Positions 56,455-64,000 of a stretch of DNA of 64,000 nucleotides are shown here, piece by piece. The notes beneath the pieces were generated by a model. It was not told where the DNA came from. It worked only from the letters and a program-made list of their open reading frames with translations, and made no database searches. This DNA is from the human T2T-CHM13v2.0 reference genome, Homo sapiens: assembly GCF_009914755.1 (NCBI RefSeq), contig NC_060948.1, one strand, 5' to 3'. Numbering within the stretch: position 1 is the first letter of the stretch; each line of letters begins with the position of its first letter. The position numbers were made by a program, and so were the translations under genes.

Positions 56455-58553
56455 AGATCCATATTTTTTAAATGAAAAAAAATTTCAAAGGTACTCTGCT
56501 TGGTACAATAATCAAATGTATAAACTGAGGAATAAAACATAACCATGAAACCTACTTATAACTGCATATGGAAAATACAGAGGATAATTTTTTAAATCAC
56601 ATATTTTGAAAGCCTTAACTAGTAATTTGAAGAGTTGGCATTTGAAAGGCCAGTATGAATATACCTTCAAAGCAGCAACACAGGTTCCCCATGAGAAAAA
56701 GCAAACTCAGGGAAAATAAAACCACAAAGGTTCAATCTCTTCTGACCTTTGAAAGACACAGCACAGACAGTGGTCCTTAGGACGAAGAGCAGGAGACCCC
56801 TAATTCCGTCACCATGGCGATAGGGCATAAACATTGCTGGGTGAGGGCACAATCCACATTGTGAGGTCCAACTGCTGCCAGGAAGACAGGAGTGCTTTTA
56901 CATAGACCGAAAGGTCATTGAAGGCTCAGAGTTTTGTTTCAAGAACTGAATCCCAAGCCCACACGTTATTAGGCTGCGCTTCTTAAAACAAGTTATGAGA
57001 TGGGAAAAAGGGCACCTACAAACATACGTATACATTATGTATATAATAATATACAGTATCATATATATAATATATATAACCCATGTATAATATTGTTTTA
57101 CATCCTGCATCTTATATTATATATATTGTATAAAATATAATAATTGATAATATATAAATTTTATATTTATACAATATGACATATAGTATATATTATAATT
57201 TATTACATATATAATATATGTTATATATCATATATAGAATATATTATACGGTTAATATACGTATTAAATATAAATTATACATTATATATATTATATATAA
57301 TATATCTGCTATATATAATACCCATTGTGCATAATATATATATTATGTCTATGTTATATAATATAAAACAACATATAATAATATATAATTGCATATATAA
57401 AACGCGACATATAATATATATTATATTTTATGACATATGTAATATATATTATATATTATATATAATACGTTGTATGTATAATACCTATATTAAATATAAA
57501 TTATATGACTATGTTATTAATTACATGTCACATATGTTATATATTATATATTTTACATAGAATATACCGGTTACATACAATATATACTATGTTACCTATA
57601 ATGTATAATTTATTACATGTAAAATAAAGAATGCAATATATTATGTATAATTTATAATATACAATATGTGGAATGTGATATATATAACATATAATATATG
57701 ATATATGATATACAGTATATGATATATAACATACAATATATGATACCTAATATATATGGTATACAATATATATTTTATGATATGTATTCTATATGTTTTA
57801 TATTCTGATATATATAACTATTTGAAATTATATATAACTGTATAATATTTTATGTAAATATGTAATATAATATATAACTATATAATATATTATATATAAC
57901 TATATATTATGTTATATATACTTTTATAACATAATTTACATAAAATATCATAATATAATATATATTATATTATTTCATATTACATAATATATATTACATA
58001 TCACCCAATATAAGTAACATACATAATATTATAATATAGATTATATTATGTTATATTAAATATCATATATATCATGTATCATATATTCTATAATATATAT
58101 GATACATTATATAATATGTATGCTGTCTATTATGTGATATATATAACTATATATAATTATATTATTATACATATTACTAGATAAACATGTAATTCTACAT
58201 ATTTTCATTTATAATATATAGAATTATATAATCATATATAATTATTTATATTCTATAAAAAATTATATCATTATATAAATTATAATATATAAAAATTATA
58301 ATATGTACTACAAATATATATATTATATATCATATATGATATAGTACCTTTGTTATATATCATAATACATATAAATGTGTATTATGTTATCTATAATTAT
58401 ATAATTTCATATATAAGATGTATAATATGTATTATATATTATATATGTTATGTAATATATATAGTATATATAAGATGACACAGGATAAATATTATATACT
58501 ATGACATATAAAATATATGAGGTTATATGTTACATATAAGGCATAGCACATAA

Positions 58554-58868
<315 letters not shown>

Positions 58869-60967
58869 AGATCCATATTTTTTAAATGAAAAAAAATTTC
58901 AAAGGTACTCTGCTTGGTACAATAATCAAATGTATAAACTGAGGAATAAAACATAACCATGAAACCTACTTATAACTGCATATGGAAAATACAGAGGATA
59001 ATTTTTTAAATAACATATTTTGAAAGCCTTAACTAGTAATTTGAAGAGTTGGCATTTGAAAGGCCAGTATGAATACACCTTCAAAGCAGCAACACAGGTT
59101 CCCCATGAGAAAAAGCAAACTCAGGGAAAATAAAACCACAAAGGTTCAATCTCTTCTGACCTTTGAAAGACACAGCACAGACAGTGGTCCTTAGGACGAA
59201 GAGCAGGAGACCCCTAATTCCGTCACCATGGCGATAGGGCATAAACATTGCTGGGTGAGGGCACAATCCACATTGTGAGGTCCAACTGCTGCCAGGAAGA
59301 CAGGAGTGCTTTTACATAGACCGAAAGGTCATTGAAGGCTCAGAGTTTTGTTTCAAGAACTGAATCCCAAGCCCACACGTTATTAGGCTGCGCTTCTTAA
59401 AACAAGTTATGAGATGGGAAAAAGGGCACCTACAAACATACGTATACATTATGTATATAATAATATACAGTATCATATATATAATATATATAACCCATGT
59501 ATAATATTGTTTTACATCCTGCATCTTATATTATATATATTGTATAAAATATAATAATTGATAATATATAAATTTTATATTTATACAATATGACCTATAG
59601 TATATATTATAATTTATTACATATATAATATATGTTATATATCATATATAGAATATATTATACGGTTAATATACGTATTAAATATAAATTATACATTATA
59701 TATATTATATATAATATATCTGCTATATATAATACCCATTGTGCATAATATATATATTATGTCTATGTTATATAATATAAAACAACATATAATAATATAT
59801 AATTGCATATATAAAACGCGACATATAATATATATTATATTTTATGACATATGTAATATATATTATATATTATATATAATACGTTGTATGTATAATACCT
59901 ATATTAAATATAAATTATATGACTATGTTATTAATTACATGTCACATATCTTATATATTATATATTTTACATAGAATATACCGGTTACATACAATATATA
60001 CTATGTTACCTATAATGTATAATTTATTACATGTAAAATAAAGAATGCAATATATTATGTATAATTTATAATATACAATATGTGGAATGTGATATATATA
60101 ACATATAATATATGATATATGATATACAGTATATGATATATAACATACAATATATGATACCTAATATATATGGTATACAATATATATTTTATGATATGTA
60201 TTCTATATGTTTTATATTCTGATATATATAACTATTTGAAATTATATATAACTGTATAATATTTTATGTAAATATGTAATATAATATATAACTATATAAT
60301 ATATTATATATAACTATATATTATGTTATATATACTTTTATAACATAATTTACATAAAATATCATAATATAATATATATTATATTATTTCATATTACATA
60401 ATATATATTACATATCACCCAATATAAGTAACATACATAATATTATAATATAGATTATATTATGTTATATTAAATATCATATATATCATGTATCATATAT
60501 TCTATAATATATATGATACATTATATAATATGTATGTTGTCTATTATGTGATATATATAACTATATATAATTATATTATTATACATATTACTAGATAAAC
60601 ATGTAATTCTACATATTTTCATTTATAATATATAGAATTATATAATCATATATAATTATTTATATTCTATAAAAAATTATATCATTATATAAATTATAAT
60701 ATATAAAAATTATAATATGTACTACAAATATATATATTATATATCATATATGATATAGTACCTTTGTTATATATCATAATACATATAAATGTGTATTATG
60801 TTATCTATAATTATATAATTTCATATATAAGATGTATAATATGTATTATATATTATATATGTTATGTAATATATATAGTATATATAAGATGACACAGGAT
60901 AAATATTATATACTATGACATATAAAATATATGAGGTTATATGTTACATATAAGGCATAGCACATAA

Positions 60968-61282
<315 letters not shown>

Positions 61283-63381
61283 AGATCCATATTTTTTAAA
61301 TGAAAAAAAATTTCAAAGGTACTCTGCTTGGTACAATAATCAAATGTATAAACTGAGGAATAAAACATAACCATGAAACCTACTTATAACTGCATATGGA
61401 AAATACAGAGGATAATTTTTTAAATAACATATTTTGAAAGCCTTAACTAGTAATTTGAAGAGTTGGCATTTGAAAGGCCAGTATGAATACACCTTCAAAG
61501 CAGCAACACAGGTTCCCCATGAGAAAAAGCAAACTCAGGGAAAATAAAACCACAAAGGTTCAATCTCTTCTGACCTTTGAAAGACACAGCACAGACAGTG
61601 GTCCTTAGGACGAAGAGCAGGAGACCCCTAATTCCGTCACCATGGCGATAGGGCATAAACATTGCTGGGTGAGGGCACAATCCACATTGTGAGGTCCAAC
61701 TGCTGCCAGGAAGACAGGAGTGCTTTTACATAGACCGAAAGGTCATTGAAGGCTCAGAGTTTTGTTTCAAGAACTGAATCCCAAGCCCACACGTTATTAG
61801 GCTGCGTTTCTTAAAACAAGTTATGAGATGGGAAAAAGGGCACCTACAAACATACGTATACATTATGTATATAATAATATACAGTATCATATATATAATA
61901 TATATAACCCATGTATAATATTGTTTTACATCCTGCATCTTATATTATATATATTGTATAAAATATAATAATTGATAATATATAAATTTTATATTTATAC
62001 AATATGACATATAGTATATATTATAATTTATTACATATATAATATATGTTATATATCATATATAGAATATATTATACGGTTAATATACGTATTAAATATA
62101 AATTATACATTATATATATTATATATAATATATCTGCTATATATAATACCCATTGTGCATAATATATATATTATGTCTATGTTATATAATATAAAACAAC
62201 ATATAATAATATATAATTGCATATATAAAACGCGACATATAATATATATTATATTTTATGACATATGTAATATATATTATATATTATATATAATACGTTG
62301 TATGTATAATACCTATATTAAATATAAATTATATGACTATGTTATTAATTACATGTCACATATGTTATATATTATATATTTTACATAGAATATACCGGTT
62401 ACATACAATATATACTATGTTACCTATAATGTATAATTTATTACATGTAAAATAAAGAATGCAATATATTATGTATAATTTATAATATACAATATGTGGA
62501 ATGTGATATATATAACATATAATATATGATATATGATATACAGTATATGATAAATAACATACAATATATGATACCTAATATATATGGTATACAATATATA
62601 TTTTATGATATGTATTCTATATGTTTTATATTCTGATATATATAACTATTTGAAATTATATATAACTGTATAATATTTTATGTAAATATGTAATATAATA
62701 TATAACTATATAATATATTATATATAACTATATATTATGTTATATATACTTTTATAACATAATTTACATAAAATATCATAATATAATATATATTATATTA
62801 TTTCATATTACATAATATATATTACATATCACCCAATATAAGTAACATACATAATATTATAATATAGATTATATTATGTTATATTAAATATCATATATAT
62901 CATGTATCATATATTCTATAATATATATGATACATTATATAATATGTATGCTGTCTATTATGTGATATATATAACTATATATAATTATATTATTATACAT
63001 ATTACTAGATAAACATGTAATTCTACATATTTTCATTTATAATATATAGAATTATATAATCATATATAATTATTTATATTCTATAAAAAATTATATCATT
63101 ATATAAATTATAATATATAAAAATTATAATATGTACTACAAATATATATATTATATATCATATATGATATAGTACCTTTGTTATATATCATAATACATAT
63201 AAATGTGTATTATGTTATCTATAATTATATAATTTCATATATAAGATGTATAATATGTATTATATATTATATATGTTATGTAATATATATAGTATATATA
63301 AGATGACACAGGATAAATATTATATACTATGACATATAAAATATATGAGGTTATATGTTACATATAAGGCATAGCACATAA

Positions 63382-63696
<315 letters not shown>

Positions 63697-64000
63697 AGAT
63701 CCATATTTTTTAAATGAAAAAAAATTTCAAAGGTACTCTGCTTGGTACAATAATCAAATGTATAAACTGAGGAATAAAACATAACCATGAAACCTACTTA
63801 TAACTGCATATGGAAAATACAGAGGATAATTTTTTAAATCACATATTTTGAAAGCCTTAACTAGTAATTTGAAGAGTTGGCATTTGAAAGGCCAGTATGA
63901 ATATACCTTCAAAGCAGCAACACAGGTTCCCCATGAGAAAAAGCAAACTCAGGGAAAATAAAACCACAAAGGTTCAATCTCTTCTGACCTTTGAAAGACA

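Overview
Eukaryotic satellite DNA with no credible genes. The window matches a junction in human Yq12 heterochromatin. Bases 1-~9463 hold about 2.7 copies of a ~3.54-kb higher-order unit of diverged (GGAAT)n pentamers (DYZ1/HSat3). Bases ~9461-64000 hold 23 head-to-tail ~2.42-kb composite units (DYZ2/HSat1B), each made of a ~1.55-kb AT-rich domain, a minus-strand 5'-clipped Alu and a ~570-bp HSATI segment; the first and last units are incomplete. All listed ORFs are artefacts of repeat periodicity. I found no new protein-coding system. The interesting signal is structural: three perfect heat-shock elements per DYZ1 unit, a microhomology/palindrome junction next to a deleted first DYZ2 unit, a very recent 4,840-bp dimer duplication, DYZ2 sub-family blocks, and chimeric or gene-converted units. 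Variant comparisons were done by eye and need alignment to confirm.
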